Shown: in pieces, positions 1 to 10,194 of the stretch
Numbering within the stretch: position 1 is the first letter of the stretch
Layout of the letters: each line of letters starts with the position of its first letter
Source of the DNA: a virus
Taxonomy: Duplodnaviria > Caudoviricetes
Reading direction: 5' to 3' (one strand)
Virus record (IMG/VR): IMGVR_UViG_3300013126_000028
Span: 1,595 to 65,594 of that record
Length of the DNA: 64,000 bases
Notes under the pieces: model-generated
Seen by the model: only the letters and a program-made list of their open reading frames with translations
What the model was told of the DNA's origin: nothing
Databases searched by the model: none
Program-made: the position numbers and the translations under genes

Positions 1-254
1 AGATCTATGCCGCTACCAGCTTGTAAAATTTCACTAACTAAACCATCAACATCTTCTATAACAATAGTACCAGCGCTCATGTACGGTAAACTATTCCAGG
101 GTGTAACTCCATCTCCTATTTTTAATTTACCAGTGTCCTTTTCATATCCTGGTTCACCAAGTCGTAAAATTTCTCCACCGGGTTGTGGTTCGCTAGCAGT
201 CCATTCTGCTGCTGTGCCTCTACGAAATTTTATTGTATCATATCTTTTTGTCAT
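1..254 (-). CDS. Tail fibre/virion protein with Mtd-N/hyaluronidase-like N-terminal domain (partial, runs off window start)
   Basis: Manual translation from ATG at 254: MTKRYDTIKFRRGTAAEWTASEPQPGGEILRLGEPGYEKDTGKLKIGDGVTPWNSLPY, matching the RRGT..W / GE.G.E.DT.K.KIGDG...W..L.Y pattern; absent from the ORF track. Confidence 0.8.
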   Translation of the reverse strand, partial: MTKRYDTIKFRRGTAAEWTASEPQPGGEILRLGEPGYEKDTGKLKIGDGVTPWNSLPYMSAGTIVIEDVDGLVSEILQAGSGID

Positions 255-297
255 ATTTTACCTTATTATATAGTGTAAAGTGTGAAAACACTGCTTT

Positions 298-308
298 AAA
301 ATACACCA
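298..308 (-). promoter_or_regulatory. Putative phage-specific promoter motif TGGTGTATTTT
   Basis: Recurring GTGTAT(A/T) motif, here upstream of the gene starting at 254. Confidence 0.45.
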
Positions 309-329
309 TTATTAACAAATTTTAAACAA

Positions 330-755
330 CTATTCAATCCATATACTGGTATTAGTTATATACGGGTCTCCTTGTAAATAACCCAAATAAAAACTTTGCC
401 CACTTACAATACTAAAAGATAAGTTTGCATTAGTAACATTACTACAAGGACCATATACAACAGAATTATTTATACCTATTCCAAACTGTTGATCAATTAA
501 ACAATTGCTTTCTATTAGATCTATAGTAACTCTCAGAGTGCCTGTGTATAGTGCTGTAAAAAAAATATCAGGATAGCACACCAGTCTGCCCAATCCTATC
601 ATTTTATTAGCAACAGTACCATTGCCACTAAAACCAAGAGTTATGGCCCTAGCTCCAGCAGTAATTCTAGCAGTTTCTATAGGTATTCCAGCATTTAATA
701 CTCTAGGAATACCGTCTTTAACTAATATTTTATTTTGTCTAGTATAAAATGACAT
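330..755 (-). CDS. Hypothetical protein, possibly virion-associated
   Basis: 141-aa ORF in the minus-strand gene run. Confidence 0.7.
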   Translation of the reverse strand: MSFYTRQNKILVKDGIPRVLNAGIPIETARITAGARAITLGFSGNGTVANKMIGLGRLVCYPDIFFTALYTGTLRVTIDLIESNCLIDQQFGIGINNSVVYGPCSNVTNANLSFSIVSGQSFYLGYLQGDPYITNTSIWIE

Positions 756-768
756 TTAATATATTCTT

Positions 769-1101
769 TTATTTTTGCAGATTTTGTCTATCTATTCTTT
801 CTTCTAAAGCTTCTAAGGTTTTGCCCAGAGTTGCTATCTGAATTTTAAGCTCGCTCATAACCTCTATAACTTTTTGTAATGTAATAGAAAGAGCAGCCTG
901 TGTTTCCTTATTTACACTTAATCTTTCCATAATAAATTGTCTATCTTGAATATAAGGACTTTTACTTTCTATAAGATCACACACTTCTTTTTTAGTGGCC
1001 ATATTATGACCTATAGTTACCCAAAAACCAATTAAGGTAACTATAATACCAATGCTAGTAGTTGCTAAACTTTCCCAAAAGTGAACAATATTTTCGTTCA
1101 T
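769..1101 (-). CDS. Single-TM plus coiled-coil protein (holin-like?)
   Basis: Start at ATG 1101 after GGAG; hydrophobic N-terminal segment then heptad-rich C-terminus. Confidence 0.6.
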   Translation of the reverse strand: MNENIVHFWESLATTSIGIIVTLIGFWVTIGHNMATKKEVCDLIESKSPYIQDRQFIMERLSVNKETQAALSITLQKVIEVMSELKIQIATLGKTLEALEERIDRQNLQK

Positions 1102-1119
1102 AAAGTCTCCATAGTATAA

Positions 1120-1148
1120 TAGCCAATGACACACTGTATCATTGGCTA
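1120..1148 (-). terminator. Inverted repeat / probable terminator
   Basis: TAGCCAATGATAC-AGT-GTGTCATTGGCTA hairpin downstream of 1192..1725; weak U-tract. Confidence 0.5.
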
Positions 1149-1191
1149 CTTAGAGTATGTCGTAATGTTGTAACTTTTACATTATGTGGTT

Positions 1192-1725
1192 TTAGCCTTG
1201 GTAATCATCATTAACAGGAACTTTAGCTCCTGTTCGATAGGTTAGTTCGCCAGGAACATTACTTGTTGGACTAGCAGCATTATCATTACCAAAACTATCA
1301 TTGGAAGTTTGGGGAAATCCAGCTTCCCACTTTCCAGTATATTCATTCCATTTGTTGGTTCTGACGGCAGTAGTAGTTTTAAGAGTTTTAATACTTTCAA
1401 TTTTGTGAATACTCTTACGACGATTAGGATCTGATGCTCCGCTCTGTAGAACAGTGTTAGCTACTCCACTAATTGTGGAAGATGTTTTTTTAGCAACTGG
1501 TCGTGAGTTGTTGTAGGCAAAAGTTCCGGCGCTAACTGCTTTATCAGCAGTATCATTATCTACTACTGTTGAACCAAAAACTCCAGTTTTATTTTGAGCT
1601 GTTTTGCTGGTGGCAAAAGTACCAGAACCAGTTCCATTAGCTTTAATTGTGCCGCCGTTATTGTCGGCGGAAACACTTGTTGAGGGTGAACCATTAGTTT
1701 GTGCTGTAGCCATTATATTCTCCAT
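1192..1725 (-). CDS. Ser/Thr/Asn-rich hypothetical protein, possibly structural
   Basis: 177-aa ORF, upstream GTGTAT motif, downstream hairpin. Confidence 0.75.
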   Translation of the reverse strand: MENIMATAQTNGSPSTSVSADNNGGTIKANGTGSGTFATSKTAQNKTGVFGSTVVDNDTADKAVSAGTFAYNNSRPVAKKTSSTISGVANTVLQSGASDPNRRKSIHKIESIKTLKTTTAVRTNKWNEYTGKWEAGFPQTSNDSFGNDNAASPTSNVPGELTYRTGAKVPVNDDYQG

Positions 1726-1760
1726 TAAATATGTTGTGCAAACAATAGAATGTATATTAC

Positions 1761-2438
1761 TTATACACCACTATTTTTATGCTTTTGAAAATTAAATTGG
1801 ATAAAATTTTGTAAAGTGTTAAAAGAACTTGTTCTAAAACCAAAAACCCCACTATTTATTAGGTTTTCAAAGTGTTTGTCTAGCCAAACGTTACCGCTGG
1901 ATATAATTTTTAGGTCTTTAGAGTTTTTATAAAGAAAAACACTAGCAATAATATTATCTGAAACATTATCTAAAAAATAGCCACTAGATGGAAAAACATA
2001 CTTAATATCCATATTTTCAAATATTTCGCATATTTTTTTTAAACAAAAGTGGTCAAATTTACGATATTCTAGAATATATCTAATAGTAACCTTAGAATCT
2101 GCGCAACAATCTTTTATGTTTTTAATATCATCTCTAATTTTATCATATTTACGATTAGCGGCTAAATTTTGTGGCATACTAATGTCTAAACAATTAAATT
2201 GGGCCGATACAGCCTCCTGAACTGCACAAATTCTAGTTTTACTATCACTAATTCCTAATGGATAATCTATTAAGCAAGAAAAGTCTAGGCCGTTATTTAT
2301 GAAGGGCTTAATTAATTTAACAAAATAATAAGGGATAGTTATACTATTGACCATATTCTGGTCTATAATTTTTTTAATAAGCTCTTTGGCTTCAGTTTCA
2401 TTAATTTCAGTATCTAGTAATGAGAAGTCTATATACAT
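1761..2438 (-). CDS. DeoC (deoxyribose-phosphate aldolase)-like protein, probably catalytically degenerate
   Basis: IDYPLG (=GFPLG), LDISM, RYILE (=KVIIE), FPSSG where KTSTG is expected. Confidence 0.7.
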   Translation of the reverse strand: MYIDFSLLDTEINETEAKELIKKIIDQNMVNSITIPYYFVKLIKPFINNGLDFSCLIDYPLGISDSKTRICAVQEAVSAQFNCLDISMPQNLAANRKYDKIRDDIKNIKDCCADSKVTIRYILEYRKFDHFCLKKICEIFENMDIKYVFPSSGYFLDNVSDNIIASVFLYKNSKDLKIISSGNVWLDKHFENLINSGVFGFRTSSFNTLQNFIQFNFQKHKNSGV

Positions 2439-3109
2439 TATAATTTTTTCATATAGTTTTTGATATAGTCAATATTGGGAAATTTTTTACTACCCAAAAC
2501 TCCATCTGCAAAACCATAATCAACAGCTTCTTCTGAAGTTAATATCCAATCTCTTTTTGTTGCAAGTTGAGTGATGATGTGTTTTTTTGCCATCATTTTT
2601 TTCCAATTTTTATCTTTGTAAATCTTACTATCTATACACCTTTCTGTAAATATCTCTATCATCTTTTCACTTTCTTTTTCGCTCCACTGAACCATACTCA
2701 ATGCGGCTTTGTGTTCATTATCCACACTAATGCTTCCATAATGAACTAAGAAATTAGTATTAGCGCTAAGAATACGCAAATCGGCTGCTTGTAATAAAAC
2801 CGTACTACTAGATTCAACCTTAGCATATGCCACTATACAAACTGGGCTTTTGCTATTTTTAATATTATCATATATGCCCAAACAATCTTGCCAATCTCCG
2901 CCCGGCAAGTGCATATGAACTAATATGGGCTCTAATGATAAAAGATTAAGATATCTTAGATTTTTTTCAAACGTAACGGCGCTTCTGTAGTCTACGCCCG
3001 GTTCATTATTATCATCATCAGAAAAATATGAATGTAGATATATTTCTCTATTCTCTATATCTATATTATAGTCATGTATATTATGAAAAGATTGATAGTC
3101 ATTGTTCAT
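2438..3109 (-). CDS. ClpP-like protease subunit
   Basis: R.IYL, LPGG, candidate catalytic Ser in VESSST, His in LVHYG, RDWILTSEEAVDYGFAD C-terminal signature. Confidence 0.85.
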   Translation of the reverse strand: MNNDYQSFHNIHDYNIDIENREIYLHSYFSDDDNNEPGVDYRSAVTFEKNLRYLNLLSLEPILVHMHLPGGDWQDCLGIYDNIKNSKSPVCIVAYAKVESSSTVLLQAADLRILSANTNFLVHYGSISVDNEHKAALSMVQWSEKESEKMIEIFTERCIDSKIYKDKNWKKMMAKKHIITQLATKRDWILTSEEAVDYGFADGVLGSKKFPNIDYIKNYMKKL

Positions 3110-3500
3110 TTTTTGCCAAATGTGTTATAACAGCACTCTCCACTATTTGCATAACCTCACTATCTGTAAAACATTTTCCAACAGCTATTCTAAATCGGTA
3201 TCTTGTAAAAATATCTAGTATTTCTACTCCATCACAATCTTCAATAACATCTGTTACATCTTGAGAAATATTAAAATTTGTATGACCTATCCAGAAATTA
3301 AATATTTTACTACTAGCAGTATATTCATTATATGGAATCAGCCCCAGAGGAGAAGCTATAACTTTTACTGGTTTGCTTATTTGAGATTGTAAATATTCAG
3401 TATCTTCGTCATTTTCTGTATCGTCATAGTTGTTCCACTTAGACTCTTCTAGATTATCTCCAAAAGGATCATTCCATTTTTCCCATACTATTTTATTCAT
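3099..3500 (-). CDS. Hypothetical protein
   Basis: 133-aa ORF overlapping neighbours. Confidence 0.75.
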   Translation of the reverse strand: MNKIVWEKWNDPFGDNLEESKWNNYDDTENDEDTEYLQSQISKPVKVIASPLGLIPYNEYTASSKIFNFWIGHTNFNISQDVTDVIEDCDGVEILDIFTRYRFRIAVGKCFTDSEVMQIVESAVITHLAKNEQ

Positions 3501-3861
3501 TATTTTTTCTCATAAAGTTAGTCGGTTTAATTAGAGGCTTATTAATATCTTCTGTTGGTGCTATATTTTTAGATAAATTTTCATTAATAGCTAATAATCT
3601 AGCTATAACTTTAGCAACAAAAAGATTTATATCCTCATTTTCTTTAGCTAATTCTTGTAGAGTATTAAATAAAGATTCCGCATATAATCCATTACTTAAT
3701 GAAAATAGCATATTAGCAAATTTTTCCGGCTCATTTTTATCTAAATTTTCCACAAACATATAAACATAAGGTTCTGAACTTTCTGATCCTAATATAACAC
3801 TAAGGCCATTAGCTGGATTTGATGTTTTTTCTTTAGGTTTATTGAATAAGTTATTAAACAT
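3493..3861 (-). CDS. Hypothetical protein
   Basis: 122-aa ORF in operon. Confidence 0.7.
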   Translation of the reverse strand: MFNNLFNKPKEKTSNPANGLSVILGSESSEPYVYMFVENLDKNEPEKFANMLFSLSNGLYAESLFNTLQELAKENEDINLFVAKVIARLLAINENLSKNIAPTEDINKPLIKPTNFMRKNNE

Positions 3862-3864
3862 AGT

Positions 3865-4242
3865 TTATTTTAAATTTTGAGTAACTTCAAATAATAAATT
3901 ACTATAAATGTTAGGAACATCATACTGAAATTCATACCAAAAACAATTATTGATATTATTAGTATGGTTAATTACAAATCCATAAGTAATGTTAACAATA
4001 TCATCTTTTTCTTTTTTATCAAAATTAATAATTTGAGGTATTAATTCTAACTGACTAACATAAACATACTTTCTTAAAAACTCTATAACTTTAGATTCTT
4101 TGTCTTGAAAAGTTTCGTCGTCATCAAAATTAAAAACCGGAAAAACTATATTTTCATTTTCTAAAGAAAGAACATACTGTTTTTTGTTCTTAATATCTGT
4201 TGATAAAATCACACATCTGGCTTGTAGACTATATTTATTCAT
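3865..4242 (-). CDS. Hypothetical protein
   Basis: 125-aa ORF, ATGA overlap with sigma gene. Confidence 0.7.
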   Translation of the reverse strand: MNKYSLQARCVILSTDIKNKKQYVLSLENENIVFPVFNFDDDETFQDKESKVIEFLRKYVYVSQLELIPQIINFDKKEKDDIVNITYGFVINHTNNINNCFWYEFQYDVPNIYSNLLFEVTQNLK

Positions 4243-4880
4243 TTTGTTGCTAAAATCTCCCTAACTAACAATATTGCTTTATTTAAACCTTGCCTAACAG
4301 CTTCTCTGGTTATATTATATTTTTTACCAATATTTTCAAAAGTTTGTTCTTCTATATAGTATAGTTTCAAATAGTCTTTTTGTCTATCTGTTAAACAGTC
4401 TAAGTTTAGTATTAAGTCTATAAGCTTGGACACATCTTGATTTTTTTCATTAGCACAAGCCTTTTCTTCTGGCCCCATATTTTTATTATCTTGTATCAAA
4501 TCATGAATACCACTATCATAGTCTGCTGAATAATCTAACGAATAAACTTTATCGAACTTTTTATTTTTCTGATACTCTTTAGAAGAATATGTTTGTATAG
4601 ACCATATAGCACACTGATTTCTATAAGAATATTTGGTCTTTTTGGTTTTTTTGGAATTTTGATAATTTTCATCCCATCTCCAATCCGCCATCATGATAGC
4701 ATTAGCAACTGTTGCTATAGCATCTTCATCCTTGAGCATTTTTGAAGATAGTCCTTTACCAAATTTGCTAATAGCTTTTTTAGCTAATAATACATAACTA
4801 TCCAAACTATCAAAATCTAAACTTGCATGATCTTTGTAGGGGATTTTTTGTTTACCAACACCATTTATTTGTAGTAGCAT
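4239..4880 (-). CDS. Phage RNA polymerase sigma factor (sigma70 family)
   Basis: Region 4 HTH LTDRQKDYLKLYYIEEQTFENIGKKYNITREAVRQ; region-2-like segment (AIMMADWRWD...YSYRNQCAIW). Confidence 0.85.
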   Translation of the reverse strand: MLLQINGVGKQKIPYKDHASLDFDSLDSYVLLAKKAISKFGKGLSSKMLKDEDAIATVANAIMMADWRWDENYQNSKKTKKTKYSYRNQCAIWSIQTYSSKEYQKNKKFDKVYSLDYSADYDSGIHDLIQDNKNMGPEEKACANEKNQDVSKLIDLILNLDCLTDRQKDYLKLYYIEEQTFENIGKKYNITREAVRQGLNKAILLVREILATK

Positions 4881-4881
4881 A

Positions 4882-5199
4882 TTAATTTTCCTTTATTATA
4901 TTTTCCTTGGGGAAATTCTTGTTTAACACATCTTTTATCAAACTTTTAACAAAACTTTTCAATTCTTTTTTATCCTCCTCGCTAAATCCTAAATTTTCTT
5001 CCTTTTGTAAGTTATAGTCAGCATAATATCTAGGCAATATTTTGTCCAAATCGTAGTCATCAATAACAATTTCGTTAGTATTAATTTTATCCAATATTCT
5101 CTTAAATTTACTAATAACCGTAGAATGATCCTTAAACTTATAATTAAGTCTATTCAAAATCCAACCTAAATAAGAAACTTCCTGACTATCTAATTTCAC
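4882..5199 (-). CDS. Hypothetical protein
   Basis: 105-aa ORF. Confidence 0.65.
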   Translation of the reverse strand: MKLDSQEVSYLGWILNRLNYKFKDHSTVISKFKRILDKINTNEIVIDDYDLDKILPRYYADYNLQKEENLGFSEEDKKELKSFVKSLIKDVLNKNFPKENIIKEN

Positions 5200-5202
5200 A
5201 AT

Positions 5203-5703
5203 TTATTTTTGGGCTTTTTTCCAACTGTCTGGGTCTGGCCTATCTTCATCTCCTTTTTTGGCTGGTTTATAATTTTTTCCTTCACGTTCTTTTTTCTTGC
5301 GAATATTTTCCCACAATCCTGGTTTGTTAGCCGCGCTACCCTCAGTATCGGTTTCTGACTTGCCGAACATTACAAAATTATGGATGGTAATCATATAATC
5401 TTCCGTAACCGCAATTTTACCCTGTAGCCAACTCTCTGTCAAGTTATTTTTTACAGACTCTTCTTCTAAGGAGTTGATTATGTTTTGAGCATGAGTCAGG
5501 ATTGATTTGATAGATCCTACACTCATCTCATAAAAATCTTTTTTATACTCTGTAAATTCGTCTTCTTTTTCTTCCAAATCATCATTAGAGATAAGACTTA
5601 ATCTATCTTCTTGATATTCATTTTCTGGATAAATATTTGTTTCACTCTTAGTATTATCAACAGCACTCTTAATTCCGTTAAGAATACGATCAAATCGTGT
5701 CAT
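5203..5703 (-). CDS. Hypothetical protein with basic C-terminal KPGLWENIRKK motif
   Basis: 166-aa ORF; motif type seen in aquatic phage proteins. Confidence 0.7.
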   Translation of the reverse strand: MTRFDRILNGIKSAVDNTKSETNIYPENEYQEDRLSLISNDDLEEKEDEFTEYKKDFYEMSVGSIKSILTHAQNIINSLEEESVKNNLTESWLQGKIAVTEDYMITIHNFVMFGKSETDTEGSAANKPGLWENIRKKKEREGKNYKPAKKGDEDRPDPDSWKKAQK

Positions 5704-6352
5704 TGTAATATTTCCTTAGTTTTGCGTGTAATTTTTGAAACATATAGTTGCTAAAAATTATAGAAGCTTGATTATCACTAGGAAAATGAACTCCTTGTAA
5801 AACTCTAGCTCGTGCCGTTTCATTTACTATAAAATCTAATTCCTTAATTTGCACTTGTGGATACAAGTCTTTAATTATATTAGCCGCTAGATTACTATAC
5901 ACCACATGTCCTGACGGATATGATGCAGTATGGTGTGTGTCGGTGACTATTACATCTAGCGGGATATTTAAAAAACTGGCTAATTGTTTGGGTCTGGCCC
6001 TATTCCAATAACTTTTTGTGTTGAGTAACACCGGGCGAACCATATCATAGAAAAGATTAATATAGTTTTGAGGATATTTTAGATTGTACTTTTTGAGAGA
6101 TAAAATGTAGGGAGTATCCATATCCTTATCAACATTAAACACAAGCTCCGTATCTTTTTGATTTCTATTAAGAGTACTTTTTGAAACAAAATTTAGTTCT
6201 TTTAAAGTTTCTTTACTACTATTTGGTGGAGGACTTTTTAGAATTTTTTTCCAATCAAAATCCACAAGATCTGATACGGGCTTTTCTAGGTAGACAGTAT
6301 CGTAGGTTAAGGAGTCTATTTGATTTTTGTATAGAGGATTGAGATTGTTCAT
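5690..6352 (-). CDS. PAP2/haloperoxidase-superfamily phosphatase
   Basis: K-x6-RP (KSYWNRARP), SYPSGH, R-x5-H-x3-D (RVLQGVHFPSD). Confidence 0.85.
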   Translation of the reverse strand: MNNLNPLYKNQIDSLTYDTVYLEKPVSDLVDFDWKKILKSPPPNSSKETLKELNFVSKSTLNRNQKDTELVFNVDKDMDTPYILSLKKYNLKYPQNYINLFYDMVRPVLLNTKSYWNRARPKQLASFLNIPLDVIVTDTHHTASYPSGHVVYSNLAANIIKDLYPQVQIKELDFIVNETARARVLQGVHFPSDNQASIIFSNYMFQKLHAKLRKYYNDTI

Positions 6353-6365
6353 ATTATTTTATACA

Positions 6366-7229
6366 CTAATAAGTTTCATAATAGATTTTCCAAACTTTAA
6401 ATGAACTATAATTAATATTATTATTTTTACAAAATTCTCTTTTGGACAATCCTGAGTCAATCCATTCTTGGTATTTTTGTTTTTTGTATTCTAGGTCTTT
6501 AATTAATTTTTTAGGTTGTATTTTTTCATTATCTCTAATATATCTTCTATACCATCTAGATATTGCGCTAGGAACTAAACCAAGCATAGTGGCATAGTCA
6601 GCTTGTGTCAAGTTTAAAGATAGCATTTTTTGAATATGTTTTTTCTTATTATCGTGAGTTAATGTTCTTAAATCTGGTCTATATTTTCTAATCCACCAAT
6701 TAAATACATTGTTTTTTAGGTTATATTTTTTACAAATGTTTTTCTTTTCAATAGGAAAAGAATCCTCCCATTCTTGCAAAATTCTATGAATTTCCTCAAG
6801 TGGCAAAATTAATCTTTCATCTCTTTGTTCGTTCCAGTATGTCTCGGGTCTATTAGAGCAAGCTTCGGACATATTTTTACGATGATTAGTAGAAAATTTT
6901 TTGCCTAAATTACACTTTCCAATATCCGACGATTCGGTTAATATATTTGTCAATATTCCTGTATCGTCTTGAATTTTACCAAACCATTTAATCAAAAAAG
7001 TTTCTTTTTCTAAAGCTTGTTCATAAGATTCACACTCATATAAAATTTTAACAATAAATCCATATTTATTAATGTAAGATTTTTTGATAGGATTATTATT
7101 TTTACTCCTATGTCCATTAATTCTAGTTTTTAAGTCTTTAGTAATTCCTATATAAAATAATCCTTCATCTAATTTATTAGTTTTATACTCAAATTTTTCT
7201 TTATAAAGACCGTAAATATAAATTTTCAT
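6366..7229 (-). mobile_element. Free-standing GIY-YIG homing endonuclease with NUMOD3-like and HTH C-terminal modules
   Basis: IYIYGL...FYIGIT...R...H; GKKFSTNHRKNMS; several HTH-like repeats. Confidence 0.8.
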
Positions 7230-7297
7230 TTTTTGTTCCTCCTGTGTAAATATTATACACCATGGATGAACAAAACGTCATTTTTTTTCTTGACGAT

Positions 7298-7972
7298 TCA
7301 CCAAGCTCGACACGACCAGTATCGGCTTTTCCATTTTGGGCCAGGACTATCACAATTATGTCTTGCTCGGAAATTTTTTCTTCTTTCTGGAATATGTTTC
7401 TTAATTTTCATTTCTTGTGATCCAAACCTCACAATAACAACTTTACCTTTGTCATTTTTGGTATAGACCGCAAACTTTTTCTTAGCATCAGGAGTTCTAA
7501 AAGGTTTATTAAGAGTAACTTTACGCCCCTGATATTCTGCTGCTTTGGATTCTCCAACATATCTTAAGTATTTGTTATTTTTTTTATAATTTCTTTTTTG
7601 ATCAAAATAAAATATCTCTCTAGTATCAGGATCTATATATTGGTATTTTCCTTTGCAGCCACAACCCATTTTCCCAAAATCATAATCTTCTTGATCTTCA
7701 TCCTCATAATCCTCATAATCTTCATCATTAGGAATTATTATATTAGAACAATTAGCCTCTTCTTCACGATCATCCTCACACTCACAACAACTATTACCAA
7801 ATGTCCATTCCAAAAAAGAAACTGTCCTATCAAAAATGCCCGAAACTCTATTTAAACAAATTGCTATCCTTTGTTTTTCATCAGGATACTCTTTATTCAT
7901 AGTTTCGTCTCTCATGCATCTAGAGACAAATTTATTTGACTTTTCGTTTTTTTCTGGTTTTGGGAGAGGCAT
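7298..7972 (-). CDS. Two-domain phage hypothetical protein
   Basis: N-term PLPKP..FVSRCM..QR.AIC, acidic linker, basic C-term AEYQGRKVTLNKPFR...FRARHNC...YWSCRAW; start taken at MPLP. Confidence 0.7.
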   Translation of the reverse strand: MPLPKPEKNEKSNKFVSRCMRDETMNKEYPDEKQRIAICLNRVSGIFDRTVSFLEWTFGNSCCECEDDREEEANCSNIIIPNDEDYEDYEDEDQEDYDFGKMGCGCKGKYQYIDPDTREIFYFDQKRNYKKNNKYLRYVGESKAAEYQGRKVTLNKPFRTPDAKKKFAVYTKNDKGKVVIVRFGSQEMKIKKHIPERRKNFRARHNCDSPGPKWKSRYWSCRAW

Positions 7973-9053
7973 AATAACTACCATTAGATGTAAGTGTTGA
8001 ATTAATAATATTAACAGTTCTATCCCACGAATATTTTTGAGCTGTTAAAAGACCCTGGCCGTTAGAATCTATACGATTATTATACACATATCTCATATAT
8101 TCTACAGTTTGTTCTATTTGACTTTCTCCTAATTTAGCCCAATTCCCAAAACCCTTAAACCATTTACCATCATTAGCCGGTTCTATAGAATCCACTTTTA
8201 CTAGATAGCTATTATCTTTAGTGCAATATTCGGTGTGAGCAGAATAGTCTGTTACAATTACCGGTTTGTTCATGCTCATACACTCTATAACCTCATTATT
8301 CCATCCTTCTGCTCTAGAAATAAATACTCCACAATCACCATAAAAAATAAATTCGGCTAAATTATATTGGGTGGGTAATTTGTTGTAAAGTTTAATTTTG
8401 TCTTTTAATTTGCAACTATCTACCATTTTAATCCAATAATTATTTTCTTGTTCATTTAAGAATGGATTATAGGGCACCAATCTTAATTCAACATTATCAT
8501 TAATATCAAATGCCCTATCAAAAGCTTGTAATAATATATCATGAGATTTTCTATGTTCCCATTTGCCAATATGAAAAAATATGTAATTATCTTGTTCTAT
8601 TTTAATCTTATTGGGTTCATAAAAAATAGTATTATCAACACCCAAAGGGGCTACATAAATGGGCCTGACTATCTCATTTTTCTGCAAAATCTTTTTGCCC
8701 CATTCTGACGCAACAAAAACATAATCACAACCATTAAGATGATGTTTTTCTTTATTTGTAAGAGTGTCTATTTCGAAAAATGGAAAGGAGTAGTAGTGTC
8801 CTTTGCCTATTCTAGAAGCAAGATCAAATTGGTGCCAAATTTTTAAGCAAGGGGCGTCGTATTTATAATCTTCGGATTTACTCATTAAATTTTTGATTAA
8901 TTCACCATCAGTTTGAGAATTAACTTCTATACTAGATCCCATAGGGAATAAACTAATATCAACATCTAGCATATTTAGATGTTTCACAATGTTAAATGAA
9001 GTAATTCCGTATCCTGTACTATTAATTGGACAATTGATGTTAATATTTTTCAT
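7932..9053 (-). CDS. Glycosyltransferase family 4 (GT-B)
   Basis: TGYG, GKWEHRK, SRAEGWNNEVIE (E-x7-E). Confidence 0.88.
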   Translation of the reverse strand: MKNININCPINSTGYGITSFNIVKHLNMLDVDISLFPMGSSIEVNSQTDGELIKNLMSKSEDYKYDAPCLKIWHQFDLASRIGKGHYYSFPFFEIDTLTNKEKHHLNGCDYVFVASEWGKKILQKNEIVRPIYVAPLGVDNTIFYEPNKIKIEQDNYIFFHIGKWEHRKSHDILLQAFDRAFDINDNVELRLVPYNPFLNEQENNYWIKMVDSCKLKDKIKLYNKLPTQYNLAEFIFYGDCGVFISRAEGWNNEVIECMSMNKPVIVTDYSAHTEYCTKDNSYLVKVDSIEPANDGKWFKGFGNWAKLGESQIEQTVEYMRYVYNNRIDSNGQGLLTAQKYSWDRTVNIINSTLTSNGSYYASPKTRKKRKVK

Positions 9054-9057
9054 ATTA

Positions 9058-10173
9058 TTATTTCCTATTTATTTTGACAAATTTTGCACACTTATTAAAG
9101 TCTTTTAAGTATTTGGCCCCTATATATGTACCACAACTACGCAAGCCCCCTAATATTTCTTGAACAACATTTTCTACCAAACCTTTGTATTTTACTTTTT
9201 CAACTCTACCTTCACTAGCTCTATAATCTTTTTTGCCTTCTCCATGTTTTTCTTGAGCATGATGACTGCTCATGCCGTAGAATGTTAAGTATGTTTTTCT
9301 TTTAGTTGATTTACCATCTCCAGGATCAAAAGGCTGACACCATTCATAGCTAGTTGATCCGTTATAATCTTTCATAGTTCTAAGATATTCATACTCCCAT
9401 TCTCCCTCACACTCTTCTGTTCCTGCGAACATACTTCCTAACATTATAAAATCTGCTCCTCCGCACATACCCTTGCAGATGTCTCCGCTGGTCCTGCAAC
9501 CCCCGTCACTCATGATTAAACCTAGTCTGCCCGTGTCTGTTTTAAGTCCGTGGGCGGCATGACCACACTCATTAATACAGCTAAACGTACCATAGCCCAC
9601 GCCTGTCACCATCCTTGTTTCGCAAAATTGACCCGGCCCAATCTGAATTTTACAAACATCAACTCCCCCATGAATAATCAATTCCTCACAAATTTCTGCG
9701 GTAGTTACATTACCAGCAACAATGATACTATCTTTAAAAGTATCACGAACACCTTTACAGAATTTTACAAAACTTTCCATATATCCATTTGGAACATCAA
9801 TAACAATATTAGGATTTTTCCCAAGCTTTTTAGCCACTATTTGTAGTTTAGATATATCCTCATAAGACTTACCGATGCTAATCCAAGCATAATCTATTCC
9901 GGCACTATTAATAATATCAACTAGTTCGTGAGAACTGTAATATTTGTGTAAAGCTGTGACTATTTTAAATTGCGCTAATTTAATGGCCATTTTTTTGCTA
10001 GTCAAAGGCACCATATTAGAACAAACTATTGGTATACCATTCCAGATTCTAGGACTATGGTAAAATTTAAAATTTCTTTCTAATACTACTTCTTTTCTAC
10101 TTTCCAGAGTGGTTCTTTGAGGAACAATTAAAACATCATCAAAATCCAACTTAACTTCTTGACTAACTAACAT
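9058..10173 (-). CDS. guaC: GMP reductase (IMPDH/GMPR family)
   Basis: KLDFDDVLIVP, IDVPNGY, AGNV, GPGQFCETR, SDGGC, FYGMSS, YRASEG, GGLRSCGTY. Confidence 0.88.
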   Translation of the reverse strand: MLVSQEVKLDFDDVLIVPQRTTLESRKEVVLERNFKFYHSPRIWNGIPIVCSNMVPLTSKKMAIKLAQFKIVTALHKYYSSHELVDIINSAGIDYAWISIGKSYEDISKLQIVAKKLGKNPNIVIDVPNGYMESFVKFCKGVRDTFKDSIIVAGNVTTAEICEELIIHGGVDVCKIQIGPGQFCETRMVTGVGYGTFSCINECGHAAHGLKTDTGRLGLIMSDGGCRTSGDICKGMCGGADFIMLGSMFAGTEECEGEWEYEYLRTMKDYNGSTSYEWCQPFDPGDGKSTKRKTYLTFYGMSSHHAQEKHGEGKKDYRASEGRVEKVKYKGLVENVVQEILGGLRSCGTYIGAKYLKDFNKCAKFVKINRK

Positions 10174-10194
10174 TATTATCTATCTCCCTAATTT

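Noticed and set aside
1-254. Diversity-generating retroelement suggested by the Mtd-N-like domain
   Set aside because: No reverse transcriptase or TR/VR pair seen in the window; this domain is common in non-DGR fibres.
7-273. Plus-strand 88-aa ORF
   Set aside because: Shadow of the minus-strand tail-fibre-like gene starting at 254.
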